Virus record (IMG/VR): IMGVR_UViG_3300031951_000076
Location: 24,671 to 88,670 of that record
Direction: 5' to 3' (one strand)
Origin: a virus
Length of the DNA: 64,000 nucleotides
Shown here: positions 39,774 to 49,040 of the stretch, in pieces
How positions within the stretch are numbered: the stretch's first letter is position 1
Layout: every line of letters begins with the position of its first letter
Program-made: the position numbers and the translations under genes
The notes under the pieces: generated by a model
What the model was told of the DNA's origin: nothing
The model's input: the letters and a program-made list of their open reading frames with translations, nothing else
Database searches by the model: none

Positions 39774-42700
39774 TTAAGGTACAGGATCTTGACAGGTTTC
39801 ACCTAAAGGATCGCACATTTTAGAAAAAACTGATTTTATACCAGTACCAGTAGCAGGATTAAGGCCAAATTGAACACATCTCCTATACTTTGTATTAGCA
39901 TCAGTAAAAGTTAAATTTTCAATTGTAGGAAGAAACTCACAATTTGAATATGAAACAGTTCCTGTAAAAGGAAATGCTAATGCACCGCTTGCTTCAAATG
40001 TAATACACATACACGATAAATCAACTGAATTACAATCTTGACCAGTAGCAATATTACCATATGACATTTTGTTACAAGCGTTAGTTCCTGTTACGCATTC
40101 CCATGAAGATCCAATTGGATAATCAAGATTTTGACCAGTATAGCTAAGTAAAAAGGCATATAATGTTCCAACAGGATCGTTCAAATCACTAACAATTTCC
40201 CATCTGGCAAGTCCTATATTCCAATAAATATATAGAGAAATTTGTGAAATACTTGGTGATGGGAATGTAGGTGTTTGTACAACATAATAAGCTTTTCCAT
40301 TTATATTTCCTTGTGGTGTTGCTTCACTATCATATACAGAATACTCTGTAGCACCATCTATTCCACCAATAAAGTTTACACATATACCACTGCATCCATA
40401 AACTGTTACAGGAGGATTGCCACCAGTTGATTCTGCAAAACATGTACCTAAGTTAAGAACATACTTTGGTGATATGCCAGAAACATTAGTTGCAGTAACA
40501 TCTTGTAATGAAGAGGTACAAACATTAACATAACTTACTGGATTAGTTGATGCTTCTGCAAAAGTAATAACTTGAGTTACACCTTCACAATCTGGATAAG
40601 TTACTTGAGCAGCAAAACCACCTTGGATTTGATAATCTATATTTAAACAATTACAACAACTGCCTATATTACTTGAAACAACAAAACCACCACCACCAGT
40701 TATATTATTTACATTTACCCAATCTAATGATGTTCCATTTGGTGCTGGAACAACACCATTATTAAAAGGTACATTTAAGTATGCTGCTAACGTACCATTT
40801 ATAGCATTAATTCTAATTTCCCAACGAGTTCCAGACCATACTAAATAACCAGTATTTGCCGTATTATTAATACTAGTAAATCGAAATACTGGTTGATTAT
40901 TAACAATATCTATTGTTGTAGAAGATTGAGATGAATAACCATTTGCACCTCCAACAGTTTCAAGACTTGTAACTAAACAAGCTGATTGACACAGTAATTC
41001 ATTATAACTAGTAACTTTTAAAAATAATGTTGAACTACCAAAAGGTGCCACAGGCTGCTCAACCCATGCTGTTTCTGGTGGAGTTAATCCAACACCAACT
41101 GTTGAATTTGTAGCTGTAATAAAACCAATAGCTACAGGAGGTGTTACGACAGGTACTGCAGTTTGTGCTGCTACCCATTGAGTACCATTATAATAAACAG
41201 TAAAATGATATGTTGTTACACCTAAAGTATCTGTACCAGAATACCAATATTTACCATTATATAAACCATTATTAGTCAAATCAAAATTAAAACCAATTGC
41301 TTCAGCATTCCATGATGAACAAAGCGGTACTCTTGGACAAGATGGATTATTAAAATCAAGAGGTGCTGCTAAAGCAAGCGTCCCACTACCATATGGAAGT
41401 TCACCAGTTACAGTCCAATTATTTGTTGTTGGAGGATATATGCCTACACCAGCATCAGTATTTGTGGAAATTTGATTACTTGTTGGAATTGGAAATACAG
41501 GTGGATTAATTGTATGTGCTGCTATCCACGTTGTACCATCATAATATACAGTAAGATATGAGTTATCTGGTGCAAACATTGTATTTGTTTTTGGTGTTGT
41601 GTACCAAGCTTTACCATTATAAATTCCACCAAATTGCATTTGAACTTGACCATTGCCAACAGGTGTTGCTTCATTACCCCACTCAGCACACAATGTAGGT
41701 TGTATTGTAGTGGTCGTTGTAGTTGATGTGGTTGACGTAGTAGAACTAGTTGTGCTTGTAGTGCTACTAGTTGTTGTTGTGGTTGGAGGACATGATATAC
41801 GATTGTTACAAAGTTCAGTTGTACTAGCTGAAACACCATTTGGTAATGGTGTTCTAAACATAGTTGCACACACACGTGTACCATTAGAAACAGATACAAC
41901 TTTATCAAGATATGTAATACAATCTACAACAGTAACATTTACAGGTGAACCTAAAGAAGATATAAATGTATAACATCTACAAGGTAAATTTAAGGTTGTA
42001 GTTGTTGTAGTGCTTGTAGATGAAGTAGTACTGGTACTTGTGGAAGTGGTTGTACTACTTGTTGTAGTACTTGTAGTAGATGTACTGGTAGTGCTAGTAG
42101 TAGTTGTTGTTGGTACTGGACAAGCTGTATTATTAACACATGGTATAATAGATGAAATAAGTTGTGACGTTGCACCATTATTATCTGAAGTACCGACAAA
42201 TCCACTTCTTGCACATATAGCAGCTACATTTCTAGAAATAGTTAATGTCTGAGATATACCGCTACAATCATCCCAAAATATATCTGTACTAGAACCAATA
42301 GGTCCATTTGAAATAACTGAATAACAATAACATGGAATTGTAGTGGTTGTTGTTGTACTAGATGTAGAAGTAGTTGAAGATGATGTAGATGTCGTTGAAC
42401 TACTCGTAGTAGTCGATGTAGATGTTGTTGTAGAACTACTAGTTGTTGTGGTACTTGTAGAAGTGGTAGTCGTAGAACTTGTAGTTGTAAACTGTGGTTT
42501 TGGTGTAGTTGTGGTAGTAGTTGAACTAGTACTTGTAGAAGATGTGGTTGTACTACTAGTAGTTGATGTACTACTTGTTGATGTAGTTGTTGAAGTGGTT
42601 GTACTAGTTGTAGGACAAGGTGTAACATCACAAAGAGGTCCAGGTGTAGAAATAACAATAGGACCGCATGCATCAATTGCTGTTACTGAAATTGCACAAA

Positions 42701-43979
42701 CTATGTGTTGTTGATTTGGTCCAATATAAATCCCCCATACAAGATTACCATTTCTATCTATATATGAATAATACCCACCATTAGGGCCACCATCAATTGT
42801 AAAACAATAAGGAGGAGGTAAAGTGGTTGTTGTCGTTGTACTTGTGGTGGTAGTTGTTGATGTTGTCGTAGTTGTTGTAGTTGTACCAAGAGATGTGTTA
42901 GTACATTCAGGTAATGAAGATGCACCATCAATTTTAAAAGATACACTACCAGCAGGAGGAACAATTACACCATAAGGAGGAAAATGTTGAAATTCATAAA
43001 TGTTACCATCTTTATTACCTAAGTAAATTTTACCCTGTGCTTGAAATACACCAAAAGGAAAATCTACAATACCTGTTACATTAACCGTTTCTTCAAGCGT
43101 TCCTGTTGCGTAATCATACTGATATACAAACTTTTGATTTGTTACAATATCAAAAGTGGTAACTATAAACTTACCGTTAGATGTTAATAAAAAGTCACCT
43201 GATATTTGATCATTAATATCTAATTGAAAACCTGGAATAAAAGTATTCGTAGTTAAATCATATTCCCCAACAGTAGAAAAACCACCCACTGATAAAATAG
43301 TATTTACTACAAGAAGTCTTGTATTATTTATAGCCCAAAGACCATCAGATGAATTAAATCCTACAGGCCATGTGTAAGTAGCTACAGGATTTATAGAAGA
43401 TGTAAAAGGATTAATTGTAATATTCCATTCTACAAATTGTCGCGTTACTAAATTTATTAACCAAAGTTTTGTACTCGTATGAGCTACGTCAGGTGAGTTA
43501 GGACCAAACTGTATATTTAAAAGAGTACTTGTATTAGTTATTACATTATATTGATAAACTTGTGAACCAGAGTTTAATATAACTAAACAAGGATCAGCAG
43601 TTGTAGTGGTGGTCGTAGAAGTAGTTGTTGTTGTAGATGTAGAAGTAGAAGTACTTGTTGTAGTTGTAGGTAATGGACAAATTGTAGTAGTAGTAGTAGT
43701 TGTAGAAGTAGACGTAGTACTAGTTGTTGTAGTACTTGTAGTGGTGGTCGATGTTGCACAACTTACGTTTACAAAAAACGGTTGATTCCATGTATCTTGA
43801 GATACAATTTTAACAACAGTGGTACCATTAGGAACTAAAACATTATATCCAGCTGGTTGAAATGCTGATAAAGGAATATTTGTAATAAAAGGAATTGCGT
43901 AACCATCTGCATTTGTATATAAATCAAATGGTCCACTACCTGGTGATACGTTAAGTGATATGTTTATTAAAAATGACAT
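39774..43979 (-). CDS. Mucin-like Thr/Ser-rich modular surface/fibre protein (1401 aa)
   Basis: Shared N-terminal domain, beta-propeller-like region, about six poly-T/S tracts, small Cys modules, four NGK/NNQ-type repeats. Confidence 0.8.
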   Translation of the reverse strand: MSFLINISLNVSPGSGPFDLYTNADGYAIPFITNIPLSAFQPAGYNVLVPNGTTVVKIVSQDTWNQPFFVNVSCATSTTTTSTTTTSTTSTSTTTTTTTICPLPTTTTSTSTSTSTTTTTSTTTTTTADPCLVILNSGSQVYQYNVITNTSTLLNIQFGPNSPDVAHTSTKLWLINLVTRQFVEWNITINPFTSSINPVATYTWPVGFNSSDGLWAINNTRLLVVNTILSVGGFSTVGEYDLTTNTFIPGFQLDINDQISGDFLLTSNGKFIVTTFDIVTNQKFVYQYDYATGTLEETVNVTGIVDFPFGVFQAQGKIYLGNKDGNIYEFQHFPPYGVIVPPAGSVSFKIDGASSLPECTNTSLGTTTTTTTTSTTTTTSTTTTTTLPPPYCFTIDGGPNGGYYSYIDRNGNLVWGIYIGPNQQHIVCAISVTAIDACGPIVISTPGPLCDVTPCPTTSTTTSTTTSTSSTSTTSSTTTSSTSTSSTTTTTTPKPQFTTTSSTTTTSTSTTTTSSSTTTSTSTTTSSSTTSTSSSTTSTSSTTTTTTIPCYCYSVISNGPIGSSTDIFWDDCSGISQTLTISRNVAAICARSGFVGTSDNNGATSQLISSIIPCVNNTACPVPTTTTTSTTSTSTTSTTTSSTTTSTSTSTTSSTSTTTTTTLNLPCRCYTFISSLGSPVNVTVVDCITYLDKVVSVSNGTRVCATMFRTPLPNGVSASTTELCNNRISCPPTTTTTSSTTSTTSSTTSTTSTTTTTTIQPTLCAEWGNEATPVGNGQVQMQFGGIYNGKAWYTTPKTNTMFAPDNSYLTVYYDGTTWIAAHTINPPVFPIPTSNQISTNTDAGVGIYPPTTNNWTVTGELPYGSGTLALAAPLDFNNPSCPRVPLCSSWNAEAIGFNFDLTNNGLYNGKYWYSGTDTLGVTTYHFTVYYNGTQWVAAQTAVPVVTPPVAIGFITATNSTVGVGLTPPETAWVEQPVAPFGSSTLFLKVTSYNELLCQSACLVTSLETVGGANGYSSQSSTTIDIVNNQPVFRFTSINNTANTGYLVWSGTRWEIRINAINGTLAAYLNVPFNNGVVPAPNGTSLDWVNVNNITGGGGFVVSSNIGSCCNCLNIDYQIQGGFAAQVTYPDCEGVTQVITFAEASTNPVSYVNVCTSSLQDVTATNVSGISPKYVLNLGTCFAESTGGNPPVTVYGCSGICVNFIGGIDGATEYSVYDSEATPQGNINGKAYYVVQTPTFPSPSISQISLYIYWNIGLARWEIVSDLNDPVGTLYAFLLSYTGQNLDYPIGSSWECVTGTNACNKMSYGNIATGQDCNSVDLSCMCITFEASGALAFPFTGTVSYSNCEFLPTIENLTFTDANTKYRRCVQFGLNPATGTGIKSVFSKMCDPLGETCQDPVP

Positions 43980-43982
43980 TTT

Positions 43983-44903
43983 TTAACATATATTTATTCG
44001 AGCTACACTATTTCCTGTAACACATGAATTAAATAGTACAGTTCCTGTTGGTGAAGTTATTCTAAGCCAGTTTATATTAGAGTGTGGTATATTATTACCA
44101 CATACAGCATTATACGTTGTCATCGCAGCTGGAATAGAAATATTAATAGTTGTAGATCCAGGTGTAATTGTTGCTGCAACAGCTAATGCCTGCGCTTGCG
44201 ACAGAACAGTTTTACTATATCTTGAATATCGATTCCACGTTGCTGATGGATTTAAAGCAGTTGGTATATTATTATAATCTCTACATATATTTCTTCCAGA
44301 AAGTGATAAAGCACCACCTGTACCAAAATCATTATTTAAAAGAATATCTCCAAGATAAACACCATTGCCATAAATTTCAAACATTGCTTGATTACACACA
44401 TGATCACCAATATCACCCATACAAGGATGTGTATAACCAGCTGGTAATAATTGCAACTCATTAAAATCATGTATATATATACCTTCTATTATCAGACCAT
44501 TTAAACAATTTACTACAGGTCTTACTGTTGTAGTTGTAGTTGTTGATGTTGATGTAGAGGTAGATGTTGATGTAGAGGTAGATGTCGTACTAGTAGTTGA
44601 GGAAGTACTAGTTGTTGTTGGTAATCTAGTAGTAGTAGTAGTTGTTGTACTCGTAGTTGTCGTACTAGTAGTAGTTGTTGTTGTTGGAGGTATATTAACA
44701 ATTATACTATTTGTACATTTACCATTTGATCTAATTTTTACACTTGTTGTAAAATCAGGTACATTCACAGTTACTCCAGATGTAAGATTTGCTTTTGAAA
44801 TATTAATACCATAAGCAACGATATATCCATCCACATTTGAATAAATCATAAATGGACCTGTATCACCACCTGCTGTATTTAATTTTACAAAAATAGCTTG
44901 CAT
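43983..44903 (-). CDS. Thr/Ser-rich surface protein (306 aa)
   Basis: Shared N-terminal domain (AGGDTGPF), long T/S linker, C-terminal Cys-containing domain. Confidence 0.75.
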   Translation of the reverse strand: MQAIFVKLNTAGGDTGPFMIYSNVDGYIVAYGINISKANLTSGVTVNVPDFTTSVKIRSNGKCTNSIIVNIPPTTTTTTSTTTTSTTTTTTTRLPTTTSTSSTTSTTSTSTSTSTSTSTSTTTTTTVRPVVNCLNGLIIEGIYIHDFNELQLLPAGYTHPCMGDIGDHVCNQAMFEIYGNGVYLGDILLNNDFGTGGALSLSGRNICRDYNNIPTALNPSATWNRYSRYSKTVLSQAQALAVAATITPGSTTINISIPAAMTTYNAVCGNNIPHSNINWLRITSPTGTVLFNSCVTGNSVARINIC

Positions 44904-44904
44904 C

Positions 44905-46062
44905 TTAACTTATATTTTTACAAACATTGAAACCTGTTATTTTATAAACAACACTAGGGCTTGCTGGTATATTCTGAGGATTTTGAAAAATGTTAACACC
45001 ATTAACAATTAATGTTTCTATACGCATTCTAGGTGCAGCACCAGGTGCATTAATTAATACAAAATCACTAATGGCATTAGCAGGAAGATTAATATTAAAA
45101 TTATATTGATCTAACAAAGTTGTACAATTTGTATCAGAATATCTTTTTGCAACACCTGTAATAGTAAGTGCTACTGGATTAATTCCTAATGACTTAAACA
45201 CCTCAATTCCTATAAAACCATCAAAATTTGTTGGTGAAATAATAAATGTAGCCACTGAAGGATCAAATACTGTTGTTGTAGTTGTTGTACTTGATGTAGT
45301 TGTTGGTGGTGGTATACATGATTCATTTGACTGCTGTTGTGAAGAACCAGCTGCACATGCTTTACCAAGAGGTGTCACAGTAACAAAAGATGTATTAACA
45401 GATATTGTATTTGTTCTAGCACAATAGTATTTTGTTGAATTTCCACTTATGTTTTCTGTGTAACTAAAATTATTACAACCATCATAAGATATTCCTTGAG
45501 TATTTGCTGAATTATTTTTAACACTATAACATTGACAACGTAACGTAGTTGTTGTAGTAGTAGTTGATGTTGATGTTGTAGATGTTGTTGTAGTACTTGT
45601 AGTACTTGTAGACGTAGTCGTTGTTGTTGGAGCAGGAGTACAACAAATATTTGTATCATTATATGAACCAGGACCTACAGATTGTGTAATAGGTTTAGTA
45701 GCATCAATACATCTTGTAACAGTTATATTACGAATTGTTAAAGAACTAGGTGTTATTCTTCCACATTGATAAAAAGTAAATGTAGTTGGTGTTACACCGC
45801 CTGTAAATGTAAAGTTTCTACAAGGACATTTAGTTGTTGGTACAGTTAATAAAACTTCATCACATTTTTTTCCAGAATTAGATTGAACACTTACTTTAGC
45901 TGTTGCATTTGGAACAATCATGTAATAACCAGATTGCAATTGTAGTTTAGTAACAGTTGATGGCCATATAGTAGGATTGTTTAAATTATCATAAAGTATA
46001 ATACTATAAGGACCTGTATCAGGTCCTGAATTGTTTAATGTTAAAGCTATAGTTTTTGACAT
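44905..46062 (-). CDS. Thr/Ser-rich surface protein (385 aa)
   Basis: Shared N-terminal domain (SGPDTGPY), two small Cys modules, two T/S tracts. Confidence 0.75.
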   Translation of the reverse strand: MSKTIALTLNNSGPDTGPYSIILYDNLNNPTIWPSTVTKLQLQSGYYMIVPNATAKVSVQSNSGKKCDEVLLTVPTTKCPCRNFTFTGGVTPTTFTFYQCGRITPSSLTIRNITVTRCIDATKPITQSVGPGSYNDTNICCTPAPTTTTTSTSTTSTTTTSTTSTSTTTTTTTLRCQCYSVKNNSANTQGISYDGCNNFSYTENISGNSTKYYCARTNTISVNTSFVTVTPLGKACAAGSSQQQSNESCIPPPTTTSSTTTTTTVFDPSVATFIISPTNFDGFIGIEVFKSLGINPVALTITGVAKRYSDTNCTTLLDQYNFNINLPANAISDFVLINAPGAAPRMRIETLIVNGVNIFQNPQNIPASPSVVYKITGFNVCKNIS

Positions 46063-46069
46063 TAATAAT

Positions 46070-46351
46070 TTAATTAATCGACACTAAATCAATTGAAATT
46101 TGTAATAAACAACAGTCATCTTTAGGAAATGCTTTTGGTAGTATTTTATCAAAAAACAAATCACAAAGAGATTCACCTTTTTTTATATCGTAACAATCTT
46201 CATCTTTACCTGAATATTTTACACAACAAAGATCTATTACATCTTCACACTGTTCTTTTGGATTACAATCAGGAAGACATTGTACACCTGGTGGTGTACA
46301 TTGTAAACAAGGTTCACAATTTGGATCAGATGTATTACAATTACAAGCCAT
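46070..46351 (-). CDS. Small Cys-rich protein
   Basis: CVKYSGKDEDCYDIKKG motif shared with neighbours. Confidence 0.7.
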   Translation of the reverse strand: MACNCNTSDPNCEPCLQCTPPGVQCLPDCNPKEQCEDVIDLCCVKYSGKDEDCYDIKKGESLCDLFFDKILPKAFPKDDCCLLQISIDLVSIN

Positions 46352-46384
46352 AGTTAATTAATTATTCAGATACGGCACTATCTC

Positions 46385-47959
46385 CTAAACACATATTGAT
46401 TGTAAATTTAATGTACCTCCTGTTGCAGGAACAACAACATCATTAATATAATAATACGCTAAAGGAACATTACAAGAACAACCTAGTGATTGATCAGGTG
46501 TTGTTGTGTTATATGAAAATTCATACGGAACTCCTTCACAATCAACAAATGATACAAATATTTTACCATTGTAACCAGGAACTGTATTACCTGATGCGTT
46601 ACCTAAATCTGTTGAAGAAGGTGTAACAGTCCATTCATAACAAGGTCCACAAGTAGTAGTAGTGGTAGTAGTACTGGTAGTAGTAGTACTAGTAGTTGTT
46701 GAAGTGGTCGTTGTGCTTGTTGTTGTTGACGTGCTGGTTGTTGTTGTTGTTACAGGTTGTATAACTTGTACAATTTGTTTACTACATGTTTTACCATCTT
46801 TTATAATGCAACCATTCACTGTAACTGTATATGGTAAATTTGGATTCAAAGAAGATGTACTTACATCATATGTTACACCAATAGGATTTGTAGATTCAAC
46901 AACTAAATCTAATGTTGTAGTGTAAGTGTGACCATTTCCATCAGTAATAGAAACAGTAGATAATGTAGGACAATTTGCAAAACCAGATGGAATTACAGTA
47001 CCACTATTAAAAATTAAAGTAACTAAATTTCCTGCTGTATTTCTTGTAGCTTGATATACTAAAAAGAAAGCAGAACAATCCACAGAGCAACATGTTTTTA
47101 AATCATATATTGCTGATCTTATATCACAAACAGTAAGCCATAAATTTTGAAAAGACTGCGCTAAATTAGCAGGACTAATTGTCCACCCAGGAATAGATGC
47201 CATTGTCCCAGTTTGACTTAAAGCATTTTGTGAACTTAATAAATTACATTGTGCAGTTGTAGCAAGACCTATATCTGATGGAGTACCAAGTGAACTAGTA
47301 AAAACACATAGTTGCTGATCAAGTAAACCTAAAAGAATATCCATTTGAATAGGTACACCTTGTGTAGCTATACTATATGAACAAAAAGGTGTAACAAGTG
47401 GTGGAACATAACCTGGGTCATTCTCAAGACTAGTAACCCTTGTTTGTAAATCTAAAATTTGTAACTTTTGTAAATTAATTTGTTCATTAAGAGAACAAAC
47501 TTTATTTGCAACAAGAACTGCATATTCACTTAACTTAAGACTTGTAACAATTAAACCAGTAGACGGATCAACATACCATAAACATTCAGGAAGAGGAAGT
47601 GTAGGTTCAGAATACTCTCTATCAATTACTTCTGCTAAACTACTTGATGTATTAAAAGAAACTTTACCCACACAACAAATGGCATTTGTTAAAAGCTGTA
47701 TAACATTTTCTAACTTTTTATCTGTAGGTATTTTTAATGTACTGCACGCATCAACAAGACAATCAAAATCAACATCTGATAAATCAAGTGCTTCTTTTAC
47801 TTTACATAGCTCATCTGCAAGTTTATATACTACATCAGAAACAGTATCACCTTTACAAAGATTGATACATTTAAGATCAGGGCCCTGCCATATCACACAA
47901 TTTGATGATATAGGTGAGCAATTTTCTTTATCAGAATTTGAATGATACGGTGTCATCAA
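46385..47959 (-). CDS. Cys-rich coiled-coil fibre-like protein with C-terminal Thr tract
   Basis: CVIWQGPDLKC motif, heptad segment (LNEQINLQKLQILDLQTRVTSLE), poly-Thr near the C-terminus. Confidence 0.75.
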   Translation of the reverse strand: MMTPYHSNSDKENCSPISSNCVIWQGPDLKCINLCKGDTVSDVVYKLADELCKVKEALDLSDVDFDCLVDACSTLKIPTDKKLENVIQLLTNAICCVGKVSFNTSSSLAEVIDREYSEPTLPLPECLWYVDPSTGLIVTSLKLSEYAVLVANKVCSLNEQINLQKLQILDLQTRVTSLENDPGYVPPLVTPFCSYSIATQGVPIQMDILLGLLDQQLCVFTSSLGTPSDIGLATTAQCNLLSSQNALSQTGTMASIPGWTISPANLAQSFQNLWLTVCDIRSAIYDLKTCCSVDCSAFFLVYQATRNTAGNLVTLIFNSGTVIPSGFANCPTLSTVSITDGNGHTYTTTLDLVVESTNPIGVTYDVSTSSLNPNLPYTVTVNGCIIKDGKTCSKQIVQVIQPVTTTTTSTSTTTSTTTTSTTTSTTTTSTTTTTTTCGPCYEWTVTPSSTDLGNASGNTVPGYNGKIFVSFVDCEGVPYEFSYNTTTPDQSLGCSCNVPLAYYYINDVVVPATGGTLNLQSICV

Positions 47960-47974
47960 AATATAATTTTATTG

Positions 47975-48169
47975 TTATTTATCATTATTTAATTGATACT
48001 CAATAATATCTTTTCTTAATTCATCAAGCCAAATCTTATTTTTTTTATTACAAGATTTAATACCAAATCTCATTTTGCGAAATTCATCATAATATGAATT
48101 TGCAAATTTTACAAAATATTTTTTCTCATCACCTGTTATGCATTCATTATGACTGGTCTGGCAATTCAT
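47975..48169 (-). CDS. Small hypothetical structural protein
   Basis: ORF in operon context; RFGIKSC motif. Confidence 0.55.
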   Translation of the reverse strand: MNCQTSHNECITGDEKKYFVKFANSYYDEFRKMRFGIKSCNKKNKIWLDELRKDIIEYQLNNDK

Positions 48170-48320
48170 TATTTGTAATTTGTGTATTATTAGCTTGTTT
48201 AAGATCTGCTAATGTTTTTTCATAAAACGTAACGCAGTTTGTACATACTTTTGAACCATCTGTGGCAACACGCACTTGACAACCGCATGTAATTTGAGAG
48301 TTACAATTTGGACAATTCAT
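48147..48320 (-). CDS. Small Cys-rich (Zn-finger-like) protein, 57 aa
   Basis: Not in the ORF track; hand translation MNCPNCNSQITCGCQVRVATDGSKVCTNCVTFYEK...; fills the gap, AAACCAA leader. Confidence 0.7.
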   Translation of the reverse strand: MNCPNCNSQITCGCQVRVATDGSKVCTNCVTFYEKTLADLKQANNTQITNNELPDQS

Positions 48321-48340
48321 ATTGGTTTATTTTTGGTTTA

Positions 48341-48922
48341 TTAATGACATGTGGAACAACACCCATCACCACTCATGTATTTTGCTAATCTTTTGTTAGC
48401 ATATACAAGTAACTCATTTCCTTTTTGTACATCATGGCAATATTCAACTTTTGCCTTTGCCGAATCAATAAAAGATTTAATAAGTCTTAACTCTTTTAAT
48501 TGTTCTTTCACATCAGCTTCAGGTTCACAGGCTGCTAATTCTAATTTACAAAGTTCGTGAAAATATTTATTTAATATTTGACAAACACGTAAATGTTTAT
48601 ATTCAACAAATACCTCACTATTAGGGCTTACAGAATATCTTATAAAATAAACACCATCAGGTAATATCTGTGATAATTCATCACAACTATCAGATTGAAG
48701 TTTTAAATCACATGCATTTAAAACTAAATTAAAAAGTTCATCATTAGATGGTGGATTTGGAATAGGAATTATAGCTGGTACATTAAATCCAGGAGATGTA
48801 ATTTCCAATTGAGGACATGTGATAGGTACTTTATCACTATATATACTAGTATCTTGCACACGAAAAATTGTACAATTATTCGTATTTGGCACTTCTAAAC
48901 TTAATTGATGTTTGTAAGCCAT
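48341..48922 (-). CDS. Tail hub-like structural protein
   Basis: LEITSPGF, LPDGVYFIRYSVSP, helical C-terminus ending in Cys cluster; synteny with crAss-like tail-hub genes. Confidence 0.55.
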   Translation of the reverse strand: MAYKHQLSLEVPNTNNCTIFRVQDTSIYSDKVPITCPQLEITSPGFNVPAIIPIPNPPSNDELFNLVLNACDLKLQSDSCDELSQILPDGVYFIRYSVSPNSEVFVEYKHLRVCQILNKYFHELCKLELAACEPEADVKEQLKELRLIKSFIDSAKAKVEYCHDVQKGNELLVYANKRLAKYMSGDGCCSTCH

Positions 48923-48992
48923 TAGACTAAACTTTTGAAATTACTTAGACCCTCCAATAATAATATACTGTATTTTAGACATATTTCAAAAT

Positions 48993-49024
48993 AAAAAAAA
49001 GGGGTACGATTGCACCCCTTTTTT
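48993..49024 (-). terminator. Rho-independent terminator
   Basis: GGGGTGC-AATC-GTACCCC hairpin flanked by A/T runs just after the 49041 stop. Confidence 0.8.
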
Positions 49025-49040
49025 ATAAAGAAAACTCTTA

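Noticed and set aside
33314-46925. Plus-strand poly-Val ORFs (e.g. 36101-36688, 42343-42714) and alternative-frame Leu/Gln-rich ORFs
   Set aside because: Antisense or frameshifted shadows of the poly-Thr/Ser codons; no independent coding signal.
32467-47959. CRISPR array or diversity-generating retroelement in the repetitive region
   Set aside because: Repeats are in-frame low-complexity codons, with no constant repeat-spacer pattern, no reverse transcriptase and no adenine-specific TR/VR pair noticed.
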